The notes under the pieces were generated by a model. The model was not told where the DNA came from. It did no database searches and worked only from the letters and a program-made list of their open reading frames with translations. The position numbers were made by a program, and so were the translations under genes. From Polyangiales bacterium (GTDB lineage Bacteria > Myxococcota_A > Polyangia > Polyangiales > JADJQN01), in the NCBI GenBank assembly GCA_964202905.1, contig CAXNJO010000001.1, positions 1 to 64,000 on the forward strand: a stretch of DNA of 64,000 nt. The letters run 5' to 3'. Position 1 is the stretch's first letter. Each line of letters begins with the position of its first letter. Positions 45,581-56,034 of this stretch are shown here, in pieces.

Positions 45581-47266
45581 TCACTCGTAGCGGACGCCGT
45601 CGGCCGGCAGCAGGCGCGCGGCCCACCAGCTCGGCACGAGCGTCGCGGTGACGCAGATCGCGAGCGCGATGGCGACCGTGAGCAGGAACTCGACCGGGCT
45701 CGTCCGCACCGGCAGGTGGTCGATCAGGTACACCTTCGGATCGAGCGGGAACTCGTAGTACGTCAGCCACGCGCAGAGGGCGCCGCCGACCACGAGCCCG
45801 AGCAGCGTGCCGATGACGCCGACGACGGTGCCCTGCAGCAGGAAGATCGCGAGGATCGCGGAGTCCTTCGCACCCATCGCCTTCAAGATCGCGATCTCGC
45901 GCTTCTTCTCGAGCACGACCATGATCAGCGTCGCGACCACGTTGAACGCCGCGACGAAGATGATCGTCGCGATGACGAGGCTGAGCATCACCTTCTGGAT
46001 CTCGAGCGCCGTGAAGAGGTTGTGGTTGAGCTCCTGCCAGTCGAGCGTGTGGTACGGCCCGCCGCCGAGGGCGCGCTCGAGGGCGCGGGCGACGTCGTGG
46101 GCGCGCTCGAGGTCGTGCAGCCGCAGCTCGACGCCGGTGACCGTGTCGCCGCGGTCCGCGAGGAGCTGCGCCTGATGGAGGTCGGCGTAGACGAGGCGCG
46201 TGTCGTACTCCTGAAAGCCCGCCTCGAAGATGCCGACGACCCGGAAATCCTTGCTGCGCGGCGCGCCGGCGCCCGGGCGCCAGAGGCTCGTGTCGAGGCC
46301 CGCGAGGGGCGAGATGATCTTCACCTCGTCGCCGACCTGGATGCCGAGCGTGCGCGCGAGCGTCACGCCCACGACGAGACCGGGCAGGCGCACCTCGCGT
46401 TCGCGGAGCGCGGCCTCGGCGTTCATCTGCTCGACGAACGCGAGCTCTTGCGCCTCGCTCGGCAGCGGGAGGCCGGCGTCGGGCGCGCCATCGAGGAGCG
46501 CCTGCATCGCCTCGGGGCTGAGGACCTCCTCGTCGGGGAGCGCGTCGACCTCGACGAAGGCGGCCTCGGCGTCCGCGCCGGCGTCGGGTGCCGCGGCGAG
46601 TCCTGCGGGCTCCGGGGGCGCAGGACGCGGCGAACCGGGCGTGCAATCGGGGTCCCAGACCGGGCAGTGACGCGCGGCCAGGGCGCCCGCATCGGCGGCG
46701 GCGAGGGGCGTCGCGGCGTCCGCCTCGGTCGGCTCGAGCCCCGCGTCGGCCGAGAGATCCGCGAGGAAGCGGTCGAGGTCGACGTCCTCCGCGCCGAGGG
46801 CCGCGCGCTCGAGGTCTTCGGGGCGCGTCGGGGGCGCGGAGCCCGCGAGACGCAGGCCGTCGAGTCCGCCCGCGACGAGCTGACCGGGCAGGTCGAGCAC
46901 GTCGGGCATGAGCGCCGGATCGATGCCCTTCACGAGCACGCCGCTCAGCCGGTCGCCGCGCGCGAGCATCATCTCGTCGATCTCGAAGGGCGCCGCACCG
47001 GCGACCTCGGGCATCGCGCGGGCGCGGGCGACGACCTCGCGATAGTCCGCGAAATCGAGGCCGTAGCGCAGCACGAGGACGTGCGCGTTGACGCCGAGCA
47101 CCTTGGTGCGGAACTCCTCCTGGAAGCCCGCCGTGATGCTCATCACCGCGAGCAGCGCCGCGACGCCGAGCGCGACCCCCGTCACCGCGATCGTCGTGAT
47201 CACCGAGATCGTGGAGCGCTTCTTCGAGCGCAGGTAGCGCGAGCCGATGACGAGCGCGTACCACAT
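45581..47266 (-). CDS. LolC/E-type (FtsX-like) ABC permease with large periplasmic insertion
   Basis: RYLRSKK, GVALGVAALLAVMS, DWQELNHNLF, EKKREIAILKAMGA, VYLIDHLP. Confidence 0.87.
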   Translation of the reverse strand: MWYALVIGSRYLRSKKRSTISVITTIAVTGVALGVAALLAVMSITAGFQEEFRTKVLGVNAHVLVLRYGLDFADYREVVARARAMPEVAGAAPFEIDEMMLARGDRLSGVLVKGIDPALMPDVLDLPGQLVAGGLDGLRLAGSAPPTRPEDLERAALGAEDVDLDRFLADLSADAGLEPTEADAATPLAAADAGALAARHCPVWDPDCTPGSPRPAPPEPAGLAAAPDAGADAEAAFVEVDALPDEEVLSPEAMQALLDGAPDAGLPLPSEAQELAFVEQMNAEAALREREVRLPGLVVGVTLARTLGIQVGDEVKIISPLAGLDTSLWRPGAGAPRSKDFRVVGIFEAGFQEYDTRLVYADLHQAQLLADRGDTVTGVELRLHDLERAHDVARALERALGGGPYHTLDWQELNHNLFTALEIQKVMLSLVIATIIFVAAFNVVATLIMVVLEKKREIAILKAMGAKDSAILAIFLLQGTVVGVIGTLLGLVVGGALCAWLTYYEFPLDPKVYLIDHLPVRTSPVEFLLTVAIALAICVTATLVPSWWAARLLPADGVRYE

Positions 47267-47393
47267 CGCGGCGAAGCCTCTATCACGGGGGCGCAGCCCT
47301 GACCAGACACGCGCCCGGCCCCGCGCGACGCGGCGTGGCGCTTCCTTTCGCCGCACGGAGAGCGGGGCTAAGCTCGCCGACGAGGTCTTCGCT

Positions 47394-49064
47394 TTGTCGT
47401 ACGCACGCTCTTTCCCCGCCGCGCCCATCGCGGCGGCGCTGCTGCTGCTCGGTGGCGCGGCCTTCGGCTGCACGCTCGGCGCGGAGCTGCCCGCGCCCGT
47501 GCCACCCCCCGTCGCGGACGCCGGCACGGACGCGAGCGCGAGCGCGCGCGCCCTCGCCGTGGTGCCCGACGCCGCGCCGCGCACCGTGCTCTTCGGCGAG
47601 TCGCTCGCCTTCGCCGTCCGCTACACCGAGGCGGACGGGCGCCCCGTTTCCGGCGCGGAGGTGGCCTTCGCGATGGTCGGCGTCGCGCACGACGCGACGC
47701 TCGCCGAGACGTCGGCGCGGACGGGCGCGGACGGCGTCGCGCGGGGCACGCTGCGCGCCGGACGCACGCGCGCGGCCTTCCGCGTGCGCGCCTCGGCGAG
47801 CAGGGCCGCCGCCGCGGGCTTCGACGTCGCGATCGGCGACGCGGGCTTCGGCGCGCTCCGGGCCGAGGTGCGCTACGCCGGCGCGCGGGCGCTCGCGACG
47901 CGCACGGTCTCGCTCTACGCGGACGTGACGTGCGCGGAGGCCGACGCGGGCGCGACGCCCGACCGCGAGCAGCCGCTCGTCGAGTTCGACGACACCGTGC
48001 GCTTCGTGGCGCTGCCCGCGGGGCCCGCGTACGCGGTCGTCGCGCGCGGCGAGGGCGCGGACGGCGCGCTCCTCGCGAGGGGCTGCGTGGACGGGGCGGT
48101 CGTGGCGAACGGCGCCGAGGTCGCGACGCTCGTGACGCTGGACGACGTGCCTGCGCGGGTCGAAGGCGTCTACGACGCGACGCTCGATCTGCGCACGCCC
48201 TCCGCGACGCTCGCCGTCGGCGAGACCACGGCGCGGGTGCTCGCCGCGGCCGCGGGCAGCGGCGGCGACACGGGGTCCCTCCTCGACGCGGTCGCGCTCG
48301 ACCTCGCCGACCGCGACCCCGCGGCAGCCGCGGCCTTCGCCACCCAGCGCCTCAGCGAGGGGCTCGACACATCCCTCTCGGCTGCGCTCGACGCGGCCGG
48401 CGCGAGTCCGTCGCGCGCGCTCGTCGGCCTCGCAGCCGACGCAGCCGAAGCGATCGGCGCGCTCCGCGTGACGGGCACGCTCACCCTCGATGCGCGCGGC
48501 CGCGCGGAACCGGACGGGCTCGTGGACCTCGGCATCGCCGCAGCGCCCGAGCGCGCCGGCGGGCCCCTCGACCTCCGACTCGACATGCCGACAAACGCAG
48601 TGATTCTGAGTGGTTACGCGCCTGTCCGCGGGCTGTTGGTGGTCGAGGACCTGTCGCTGCGTCTGCCGCTCGGCGCCACGATCGCGGCGACCCTCGAGGC
48701 CGTGTCGCGCGAGCGCGGAGAGCGCACCGCCGAGGCGCTCGTCGCGCGCGATGCGGGATGTGACGCGGTCGCGCGCTGGGCCGCCGCGCAGCCCGCGATG
48801 GCAGCGGGATGCGGGGAGTCCTGCGCGCGCGCGGCGTGCGTGGGCGTCTCGCGGGCGCTCGTCGCGCAGCTCGCGGCGGCGCTCGCGGACCTCGACGCGT
48901 CGCGCGCGGCGATCGGGCTCGGCGGCGCGGTGCCCGCGACCGACGGCGATCGCGACGTGCAGATCGACGCGCTCGGGCCCGAGCGGCTGATGGGGCGCTG
49001 GGCGACGCCGGGGCGCGCAGGCGGCGACGAGGTCTCCGCGACGCTCGCGGCGCGGCGCCGCTGA
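47394..49064 (+). CDS. Hypothetical lipoprotein with Ig-like (Big_1-like) N-terminal domain
   Basis: AAFG-C lipobox; GRPVSGAEVAF...TGADGVA; start uncertain. Confidence 0.6.
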   Translation: MSYARSFPAAPIAAALLLLGGAAFGCTLGAELPAPVPPPVADAGTDASASARALAVVPDAAPRTVLFGESLAFAVRYTEADGRPVSGAEVAFAMVGVAHDATLAETSARTGADGVARGTLRAGRTRAAFRVRASASRAAAAGFDVAIGDAGFGALRAEVRYAGARALATRTVSLYADVTCAEADAGATPDREQPLVEFDDTVRFVALPAGPAYAVVARGEGADGALLARGCVDGAVVANGAEVATLVTLDDVPARVEGVYDATLDLRTPSATLAVGETTARVLAAAAGSGGDTGSLLDAVALDLADRDPAAAAAFATQRLSEGLDTSLSAALDAAGASPSRALVGLAADAAEAIGALRVTGTLTLDARGRAEPDGLVDLGIAAAPERAGGPLDLRLDMPTNAVILSGYAPVRGLLVVEDLSLRLPLGATIAATLEAVSRERGERTAEALVARDAGCDAVARWAAAQPAMAAGCGESCARAACVGVSRALVAQLAAALADLDASRAAIGLGGAVPATDGDRDVQIDALGPERLMGRWATPGRAGGDEVSATLAARRR

Positions 49065-49071
49065 GGGACGC

Positions 49072-49565
49072 GTGGCGGGCCCGGCGCGCTACCCGCTCGA
49101 GGCCGCGCGGACGCTCCGCGCCACCGAGGAGGACGACGCGCGCGCGGCGCTCGCTGCCCGCCTCGAGGCGCATCGCAGGCAGACGACGCGCACGCGCAGG
49201 CCGCACGCACGCGGCGCCGCGCATGGAGGCTGAGTACGGCGCGCGTCGCGCACGCGGAGTCGCAGGCGGACGCACGCGGCCGCGCGCTCGCCGAGTCGCT
49301 GCGCGCCGCCGACTGGCTCCGGCGTCGGCGCAGCGAGGGGGCCGCGCTCACGCACGCCCGCGAGGAAGCGGACCGCGCGCGTACACGCGCCGCAGCCGCC
49401 GTCGAGGAGGCCCGCGCCGCACTCGCCGCGGCACGCGCGGCCCGTGAAGCCGTCGAGCGCCACCACGCCGCGTGGCACGACGCGCAGCGCAGCGCGGCCG
49501 AGACGCGCGCGGAGGCCGAGTCCGAGGACGCGCAGGCCGGACGCCGCGGCCGCGCGGCGACGTAG
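49072..49565 (+). CDS. FliJ/YscO-like coiled-coil protein (frameshift near 49178)
   Basis: Manual translation: RYPLEAARTLRATEEDDARAALA ... AREAVERHHAAWHDAQRSAAETRAEAESED; not in the ORF track. Confidence 0.5.
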
Positions 49566-49703
49566 CGACCCCCGACGCGGCGAGGCGCACGCCGAGGTCG
49601 CGCGCCACGACGGGGACGGACGCGCGCCGACGTCGCCACCACCGACACGGCGTGCCGCATCCGCGCTGCGCGGAAAGGGCGCGATTCCGCGCGTCGTTCG
49701 GGG

Positions 49704-51605
49704 TCAGAACGCGGTGACGGCGAGCGTGTACGCGCCCGAAGGCAGCGTGCCTCCGGCGTAGCCGTCGACGACGAGCTGAAAGAGCCCGACCCCGCTCGCC
49801 GCGACGGCCGTGAGCCGCGACTGCAGGATCCCGCAGCCGTCGTCGTTGCACGCGAGCTCGCCTGTGGGGCCGCGCACGTGCAGGACGGTGTCGTACGTCG
49901 CGGTGCACGTGTCCGCGGAGATCGCGCGCGCCGCGCCGGGGCACTGCGTCCAGTGGTAGGCGTTTTCGCTGCTCGCCGCGCCGAGGCCGCAGCTCGCGCC
50001 GAGCGCGCCGCTCGAGCCGCTCGTCACGCCCGTGAACGAGCCCGTCGCGGAGATGCGCGTGTTCGTGCCGCGCGCGGCGGAGAGGACCTGCCAGCGCAGG
50101 CTGAGCGCGCCCGGCGTCGTGAAGCTGCCGCGGGTGTGCACCGCGAAGTAGTGCACGCCGGGCTCGACCACCACGACGAGCTGGTCCTGGAGCGTCGTGC
50201 AGTCGTCGTCTTCGCAGAGCACGGCCGCGCCGGGGCACGCGGTGCCGCGGTAGGAGAGGCTCGTGTCGAAGCCGGTGCCGAAGGTGTCGAGGTACACGAC
50301 GCTGCGCGCGGTGACGTCGACCCGGTAGAACACCTCGACGCCCGAGAGGCCGCAGTCCGTCGTGTTCGCGGTCGCACCGACGAGCGTGTCCGTCGTGCGG
50401 GTGCCGCCCGCGCCCGTCAGCAGCAGCGCGCCCGCGCAGGTGTCGTTCGTCGGTGCGCTCGGCGCGCAGACACCCTCATCCACGATGGCATCGCAGTCGT
50501 CGTCGACGCCGTTGCACGTCTCGGTGCCGGGGGTTCCCGGCGTGCAGGCCGGGGCGGCCCCGCCGACGCACCCTTCGACCGTGCGCGCGCACGCGCCCGT
50601 GCCGCACGCGCGGGTGCCGAGCCCCTCGTCGACGGCGCCATCGCAGTCGTCGTCCGCGCCGTTGCACGCCTCCGTGCCCGGCGCGCCGGGCGTGCACGGC
50701 TGCGTCACCCCGCCCACGCACGCGACGACGCTGCGCGCGCATGCGCCCGACCCGCACACGAGAGGCGCGAGCGACTCGTCGACCGCGCCGTCGCAGTCGT
50801 CGTCCGCGCCGTTGCAGACCTCGGTCCCCGGCGCACCCGGCACGCACGCCTGCGGCGCACCCCCCGAGCACGCGGCGACGGTGCGCTGGCAGCCTCCCGT
50901 ACCGCAGACGAGCGACGGGAGCCCCTCGTCGACGAGGCCGTTGCAGTCGTCGTCGCGGCCGTTGCACACCTCGGGCGTGGGCATGCCGGGCGTGCACGCG
51001 ACGGCCATCCCGCCCGCGCACGCGGACACCGTGCGGAGGCACGCGCCGAGCCCGCAAGTCGTCGCGCCGCCGAAGTCTTCGTCGATCGAACCGTCGCAGT
51101 CGTCGTCGATCGCGTTGCACGACTCGGTGCCCGCGGTGCCCGGGACGCACGTGTCGGTGCGACCGTCCGCGCACGCAGGGGCCGTGCGCGCGCAGGCGCC
51201 GACGCCGCACGTCACCGTGCCGCCGAAGTCCTCGTCGATCGAGCCATCGCAGTCGTCGTCGACCGCGTTGCAGGCCTCGGCGGCCGCGGGGTTCACGTCG
51301 GCGCGCGCGTCGTCGCAGTCCATCGCGGAGGCGCAGCCCGCGCCGCGCGGGTAGCCGTCGCCGTCGTCGTCGTCGCAGAGCCCGAGGTCGGGCGGGAGGC
51401 CGAGGTCGTCCTTCGGGGGCCCCGCGTCCTCGCCCGCCGCGTCCTCGTCGGCGGCGTCTGCGGCCGCATCACCCGGTGCGGAGAGGTCGCTGCCCGCGTC
51501 GCGCGGGGGAGCCACGCCGCCACCCGGAGCGCCGCTCGCGCAGGCCCCGAGCGCGAGGGCGCAGGCGAAGACAGAGACGAGAGCGAGCGCGCGTGTCCGG
51601 GACAT
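49704..51605 (-). CDS. Cys-rich lipoprotein with MopE-related putative metal-binding repeats
   Basis: LALGA-C lipobox; six E.CN..DDDC.G.[IV]DE-type repeats; two C-terminal beta domains (FDTSL..., YDTVLHV...CNDD). Confidence 0.82.
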   Translation of the reverse strand: MSRTRALALVSVFACALALGACASGAPGGGVAPPRDAGSDLSAPGDAAADAADEDAAGEDAGPPKDDLGLPPDLGLCDDDDGDGYPRGAGCASAMDCDDARADVNPAAAEACNAVDDDCDGSIDEDFGGTVTCGVGACARTAPACADGRTDTCVPGTAGTESCNAIDDDCDGSIDEDFGGATTCGLGACLRTVSACAGGMAVACTPGMPTPEVCNGRDDDCNGLVDEGLPSLVCGTGGCQRTVAACSGGAPQACVPGAPGTEVCNGADDDCDGAVDESLAPLVCGSGACARSVVACVGGVTQPCTPGAPGTEACNGADDDCDGAVDEGLGTRACGTGACARTVEGCVGGAAPACTPGTPGTETCNGVDDDCDAIVDEGVCAPSAPTNDTCAGALLLTGAGGTRTTDTLVGATANTTDCGLSGVEVFYRVDVTARSVVYLDTFGTGFDTSLSYRGTACPGAAVLCEDDDCTTLQDQLVVVVEPGVHYFAVHTRGSFTTPGALSLRWQVLSAARGTNTRISATGSFTGVTSGSSGALGASCGLGAASSENAYHWTQCPGAARAISADTCTATYDTVLHVRGPTGELACNDDGCGILQSRLTAVAASGVGLFQLVVDGYAGGTLPSGAYTLAVTAF

Positions 51606-51734
51606 CCAGCGAGACCTCCGCACAAAGGGCGGCGACAGCGTCCCACGCGCTCGGCGCGCTGTCACAGATCGCGGCCGACGCGGGCGCGCGCCCCGAAACT
51701 GGACCACCCCGCGCACCTCCCGCAGGCTCTCGAC

Positions 51735-54071
51735 GTGTCCGCCTCGGCGTCATCGTCGCCTCGATTGCGCGCGCGGGCGCGGTTCGCCGCGCTGGCGTTG
51801 CTCGTGGCCGCGGCGCTGCTCGCCCCCGGCGACGGCGCGACCCGCACGGCGACCGGCCCCACCCTCGCCGCGGCCGACGCACCGCCCGCCTTCGACCCCG
51901 ACGCTGCGAAGGTCGCGCCCGACGCGCCGCTCGCCCTCGCGAAGATACGCCTCGCGGCAGGCGACGCGTCCGCTGCGCGCGACCTGCTGCTCGCCGCGCT
52001 CGCCGCCACCCCGCGGGACCCCACGGGCGCAGGCGAACAGCGCTTTCTCCTCGCCAAGGTCGAGTCGGCGCGCGGCGATCGGGCCGCGGCCCTGCGCGCG
52101 CTCGCGGAGGTCGGCGCGACGACGCACCCGCTCGCGCCCTGGGCGCGGCTGCGGCAGGCCGAAGCGCTCGAGGGGAGCGACATGACAACCGCCTTGCGGT
52201 ATGCCGCGCCGCTCGCCGCGGAAGACTGGCCCGGCCGCGAGCGCGCCCGCGCGGTCGAGGCGCGCACCCTGCTCCGCACGGGCCACGAGGCCGAGGCGCT
52301 CCCCCGCCTCCGCGCCCTCGTCGCGGGCGCCCGCGCGACGGTCGGCGCCGCGTCGGTCGCGCTGCCGCTCGCCGACGCGCTCGCACAGAGCGCGGACCCG
52401 ACCGCGCGCGAAGAGGCGCTCGCCCTCTACCGCCGCGTGGCCGCGCGTGGGCCCCTCGCCGAACAGGGCCGCGCCGCCGAGACCAAGGCGATCGCGCTCC
52501 TCGCGACGCTGCCGGAGGCGCGCCGCGCGGCGCTCGCCGAGCCGACGCTCGACGACGCGACGGCGCGTGCGGAGGCGCTCACCGAGGCCGGACGCCACGC
52601 CCTCGCGGAGCAGGCCTGGGCCGCGCTCGCCGCGCGTCTCACGGGTGACCTGCTGCGCCGCTGCCACGCGCGCCTGCAGCAGGCCCGCGCGCTCGACCGC
52701 CGCCGCGCGCGGACCGAGGCCGCCGCGCTCTTCATCGCCGTCGCCGACGAGTGCGCGGACGCCGACACGCGCGCGACCGCCCGCTTCAACGCGGGGCGCG
52801 CGCTCCACAACCTCGCGCGGCTCGCCGACGCGCTCGCGCAGTTCGAGGCGCTCGAGCGCGAGACGCCCACGCACCGGCTCGCCGACGACGCGCTGCTGCG
52901 CGCGGCCGTCGTCGCGCGCGATCAGGGCGACGACACCGGCTACGCCGAGCGCCTCACCGTGCTGCCCACGCGCTACCCGCAGGGCGACATGCGCGGGGAC
53001 GCGCGCTTCCTCGCGGCCTTCCGCCTGCGCGGGCTCGGCCGCCGCGCCGAGGCGCTCGTCGAGCTGGATCGCGCGCTCGCGGACGGCCCCGCCGAGCTCG
53101 ACGACGGCCTGCGCGGCCGCGCGGCCTATTGGCGCGCCCGGCTCCTCGACGAGCTCGGTCGCAGCCCGGAGGCCGCGCAAGCGCACGCCGCGCTCTGCGC
53201 CGCCGCGCCGCTCACGTACTACGCGCAGCTCTCGCTCTCGCAGCTCGCGCGCCTCGACGCCCCGCGCGCGGAGGCCGTGCGCGCCGCGTGGCTCGGCGAC
53301 GGACGCGAGGCCCCGCTGCGCTTTCCGAGACGCCCCGAGCTCGAGCGCCCCGGCTTCGCGCGGGCGGTCGCGTTGCTGCGCGTCGGTGAGGTGGACCTCG
53401 CCCTCTCGGAGCTCGGCGCGCTCGGTCTCACGGGCGAGGGCGCGGACCCGGACGCGCTCTGGCTCGCGGTCGCGCTCCTCGATCGGGCCGCGATGTTCGC
53501 GCCCGCCGCGACGCTCTTCCGCAAGCGCCTCGTGCAGCGCCTCGCGGTCGCGCCGACGGGCCGCGCGCGCGCGCTCTGGCGCCTCGCCTACCCGCGGGCC
53601 CACGCGCCGCTCGTCGAGGAGGCCGCAAGCGCCGAGGGCCTCAGCGCGGCCTTTCTCCGCGCGGTCGCGCGCGAAGAGAGCGCGTTCGATCCCGAGGCGC
53701 GCAGCGCCGTCGGCGCGTCGGGCCTCATCCAGCTCATGTCCGGCACCGCGCGCCGCTTCGCGGAGCCGCTCGGCCTGCCGAGCGACGCGGCCGCGCTGCG
53801 CCGCCCCGAGGTGAACCTGCGCGTCGGCGCGCGCTTCCTCGGCTTCCTCACGCAGCGCTACCCGGGCCGCGCCGGGCTCGTGCCGAGCGCGTACAACGCC
53901 GGCGAGGGGGCCGTCGATCGCTGGCGCCGCGCGCGCCCCGACGAGCCGCTCGACGCCTTCGTCGAGAACATCCCGTACGACGAGACGCGCCGCTACACGC
54001 GCCGCGTCCTGCAGAGCTGGGGCACCTACGCGCTCCTCGACGAGCGCCGCCTGCCGCGCTTCTCGGAGTAG
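51735..54071 (+). CDS. slt: Soluble lytic transglycosylase with TPR-like N-terminus
   Basis: AVAREESAF, SAVGASGLIQLM, AYNAGEG, ENIPYDETRRY; start uncertain. Confidence 0.88.
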   Translation: MSASASSSPRLRARARFAALALLVAAALLAPGDGATRTATGPTLAAADAPPAFDPDAAKVAPDAPLALAKIRLAAGDASAARDLLLAALAATPRDPTGAGEQRFLLAKVESARGDRAAALRALAEVGATTHPLAPWARLRQAEALEGSDMTTALRYAAPLAAEDWPGRERARAVEARTLLRTGHEAEALPRLRALVAGARATVGAASVALPLADALAQSADPTAREEALALYRRVAARGPLAEQGRAAETKAIALLATLPEARRAALAEPTLDDATARAEALTEAGRHALAEQAWAALAARLTGDLLRRCHARLQQARALDRRRARTEAAALFIAVADECADADTRATARFNAGRALHNLARLADALAQFEALERETPTHRLADDALLRAAVVARDQGDDTGYAERLTVLPTRYPQGDMRGDARFLAAFRLRGLGRRAEALVELDRALADGPAELDDGLRGRAAYWRARLLDELGRSPEAAQAHAALCAAAPLTYYAQLSLSQLARLDAPRAEAVRAAWLGDGREAPLRFPRRPELERPGFARAVALLRVGEVDLALSELGALGLTGEGADPDALWLAVALLDRAAMFAPAATLFRKRLVQRLAVAPTGRARALWRLAYPRAHAPLVEEAASAEGLSAAFLRAVAREESAFDPEARSAVGASGLIQLMSGTARRFAEPLGLPSDAAALRRPEVNLRVGARFLGFLTQRYPGRAGLVPSAYNAGEGAVDRWRRARPDEPLDAFVENIPYDETRRYTRRVLQSWGTYALLDERRLPRFSE

Positions 54072-54227
54072 CCCGCGCCGCGCGGCGCATGGGCGGGCGG
54101 ATCGCACCGCGTCGACGAGGACACAGCGCGCGCGCCCAAACATCGCGCAGCGCAGACCCCGAAGTCAATATCGCAACTTCATTGCATCTGCAACAAGGTC
54201 GCGAAACGGCGCGGGCCGGGGCGTGCT

Positions 54228-55301
54228 TCAGCCGCGGCCGAGTTCGTCGGCGAGCTCCCCGAGCAGCTTCTTCGCGCGCGAGGAGAGCTTCTTCGGGACC
54301 TCGACGACGACGACGACCACGAGGTCGCCGCGGCCGCGCGCCTGCAAACGCTGGATGCCCGCGCCCGAGACGACGACCGTCTCGCCGGACTGCGTCCCGG
54401 CCGGGATCTTCACCTTCGTCTCGCCGCCCTCCAGCGTCGGGATGCGGACCTCCGCGCCGAGCGCCGCCTGCGGGAAGCTGATGCGCAGCTCGTGCACGAG
54501 GTCCGCGCCGTCGCGCTGGAACTGCGGGTGCGGCTCGACCTGCACGGTGACGTAGAGGTGCCCGGGCGGCCCGCCGCGACGGCCCGGCTGCCCCTGATCG
54601 CTCACGCGCAGCGTCTGGCCGTCGTCGATGCCCGCCGGGATCGTGACCTTCACGGTGCGTCGCGCCGCGACCTCGCCGCGCCCGCCGCACTTGCGGCACG
54701 GCTCGCGGACCATCGTGCCCTCGCCCTGACACTGCGGGCACGTCGACGACATCACGAAGGGACCGCGCGCGTGCGCGACCTGCCCGCGCCCGCCGCACAT
54801 CGAGCAGGCCTCGCGCCGCGTGCCGGACGCCGCGCCCGAGCCCTCACAGCCCCCGCACGCGTCGGGGAACTCGGTCTCGACGTCCGTCTTCACGCCGACG
54901 GACGCGTCCTTCAGCGTGAGCGTGACGGCGGTGCGCAGGTCCCCGCCGCGCTGCGGCCCGTCGCGGCGCCCGCGCCGCCCGCCGCCGCCGAAGAGATCGC
55001 CGAAGACGTCCGCGCCGAAGATGTCGCGGAACTGGCTGAAGATGTCGGCCGCGTTGCCGCCGCCGAAGCTCTGGTTCTCGAGCCCCGCGTGGCCGTAGCG
55101 GTCGTAGGCGGCGCGCTTCTGCTCGTCGGAGAGCACCTGATAGGCCTCCGACGCCTCCTTGAAGCGCTCCTCCGCCGTCGCATCCCCGGGGTTGCGGTCC
55201 GGGTGGAACTTCAGTGCCGCGGCGCGGTACGCCTTCTTCACGGCGTCGGGCGTCGCGCCCCGTTCGAGCTCGAGCACCTCGTAGTAGTCACGCTTCGGCA
55301 T
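54228..55301 (-). CDS. dnaJ: Chaperone DnaJ
   Basis: DYYEVL, HPDRNPG, four CxxCxGxG motifs, C-terminal domain. Confidence 0.95.
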   Translation of the reverse strand: MPKRDYYEVLELERGATPDAVKKAYRAAALKFHPDRNPGDATAEERFKEASEAYQVLSDEQKRAAYDRYGHAGLENQSFGGGNAADIFSQFRDIFGADVFGDLFGGGGRRGRRDGPQRGGDLRTAVTLTLKDASVGVKTDVETEFPDACGGCEGSGAASGTRREACSMCGGRGQVAHARGPFVMSSTCPQCQGEGTMVREPCRKCGGRGEVAARRTVKVTIPAGIDDGQTLRVSDQGQPGRRGGPPGHLYVTVQVEPHPQFQRDGADLVHELRISFPQAALGAEVRIPTLEGGETKVKIPAGTQSGETVVVSGAGIQRLQARGRGDLVVVVVVEVPKKLSSRAKKLLGELADELGRG

Positions 55302-55313
55302 GCGGCGCGGGCC

Positions 55314-55341
55314 AAGGTAAGGGACCGCCCGGGAACGTCAA
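55314..55341 (-). promoter_or_regulatory. Putative dnaJ promoter
   Basis: TTGACG-N16-TACCTT, 12 nt before the ATG. Confidence 0.45.
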
Positions 55342-55535
55342 GAGGCGCGGCATGCCCGCCGCCGAGGACGCACGACGCCGAGTCGGCGTGAAAGACCCAG
55401 CGATCGCCGCTCACATGGCGCGCTCGCCGACGCTGAGCGTCTCGTGCTCGAGGCGTGCGCGGCATGCGCAGCGTTTTGCGTCGCACGCTCCACGATCTCG
55501 CCCATGCGCTCGGCGTCACGGTCGGCGACCTCGTC

Positions 55536-55628
55536 CAGAGTCTCACGCCACCAGCGCCGGGCGGGCTCATGGAGCGGAAACGCGTCGCAATGGGCAAAGA
55601 GCAAGAGGTTGAGATCAGGGATGATCAT
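55536..55628 (-). pseudogene. vapC: Truncated PIN-domain (VapC) toxin
   Basis: MIIPDLNLLLFAH....LHEPARRWW matches VapC N-termini; similarity is lost after about 31 aa. Confidence 0.65.
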
Positions 55629-55875
55629 CGACATGAGGCGCCCGCTCGCGTCCTCTTCCGTCAGCGCATCCGCGAGCGCGCCGCAGGCGATCCGGATCGA
55701 CGCCGGGTGCGAGTGCGGAGTGATGCACGAGCGGCTCGTAGCGCTGCGCGGCCGCCTCGCGGAGCCGGCCGCGCAGGGTTTCTTCGATGACGTCACGGAC
55801 CGAGCGCTGCTCGCGTCGCGCGATCTCTTCGAGCTGGCGGTAGATTTCTTCGTCGATGGCCATCATCGTCTGCAT
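55615..55875 (-). CDS. vapB: Ribbon-helix-helix antitoxin (VapB-like), possibly frameshifted near its 3' end
   Basis: MQTMMAIDEEIYRQLEEIARREQRSVRDVIEETLR...PGVDPD; directly upstream of the PIN fragment. Confidence 0.7.
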   Translation of the reverse strand: MQTMMAIDEEIYRQLEEIARREQRSVRDVIEETLRGRLREAAAQRYEPLVHHSALAPGVDPDRLRRARGCADGRGRERAPHVDDHP

Positions 55876-56034
55876 TCCTGACGTCTGAGGCATCACGACA
55901 GTAGCGTCAAGAACGGCTCCCGCGTCGCGCTCGCGTCGCCGCCCTCTCCGGCGTCCTTGGGTCCGCGCGCACATTTTTCGCGGCAGTGCGGAACCTGCGC
56001 GGCGCAGCGATGTCGATGCGTGCGGAGGCGAGAC

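Noticed and set aside
54130..54215. AT-richer patch between convergent slt and dnaJ (possible sRNA or promoter)
   Set aside because: No recognisable structure or family; too weak to call.
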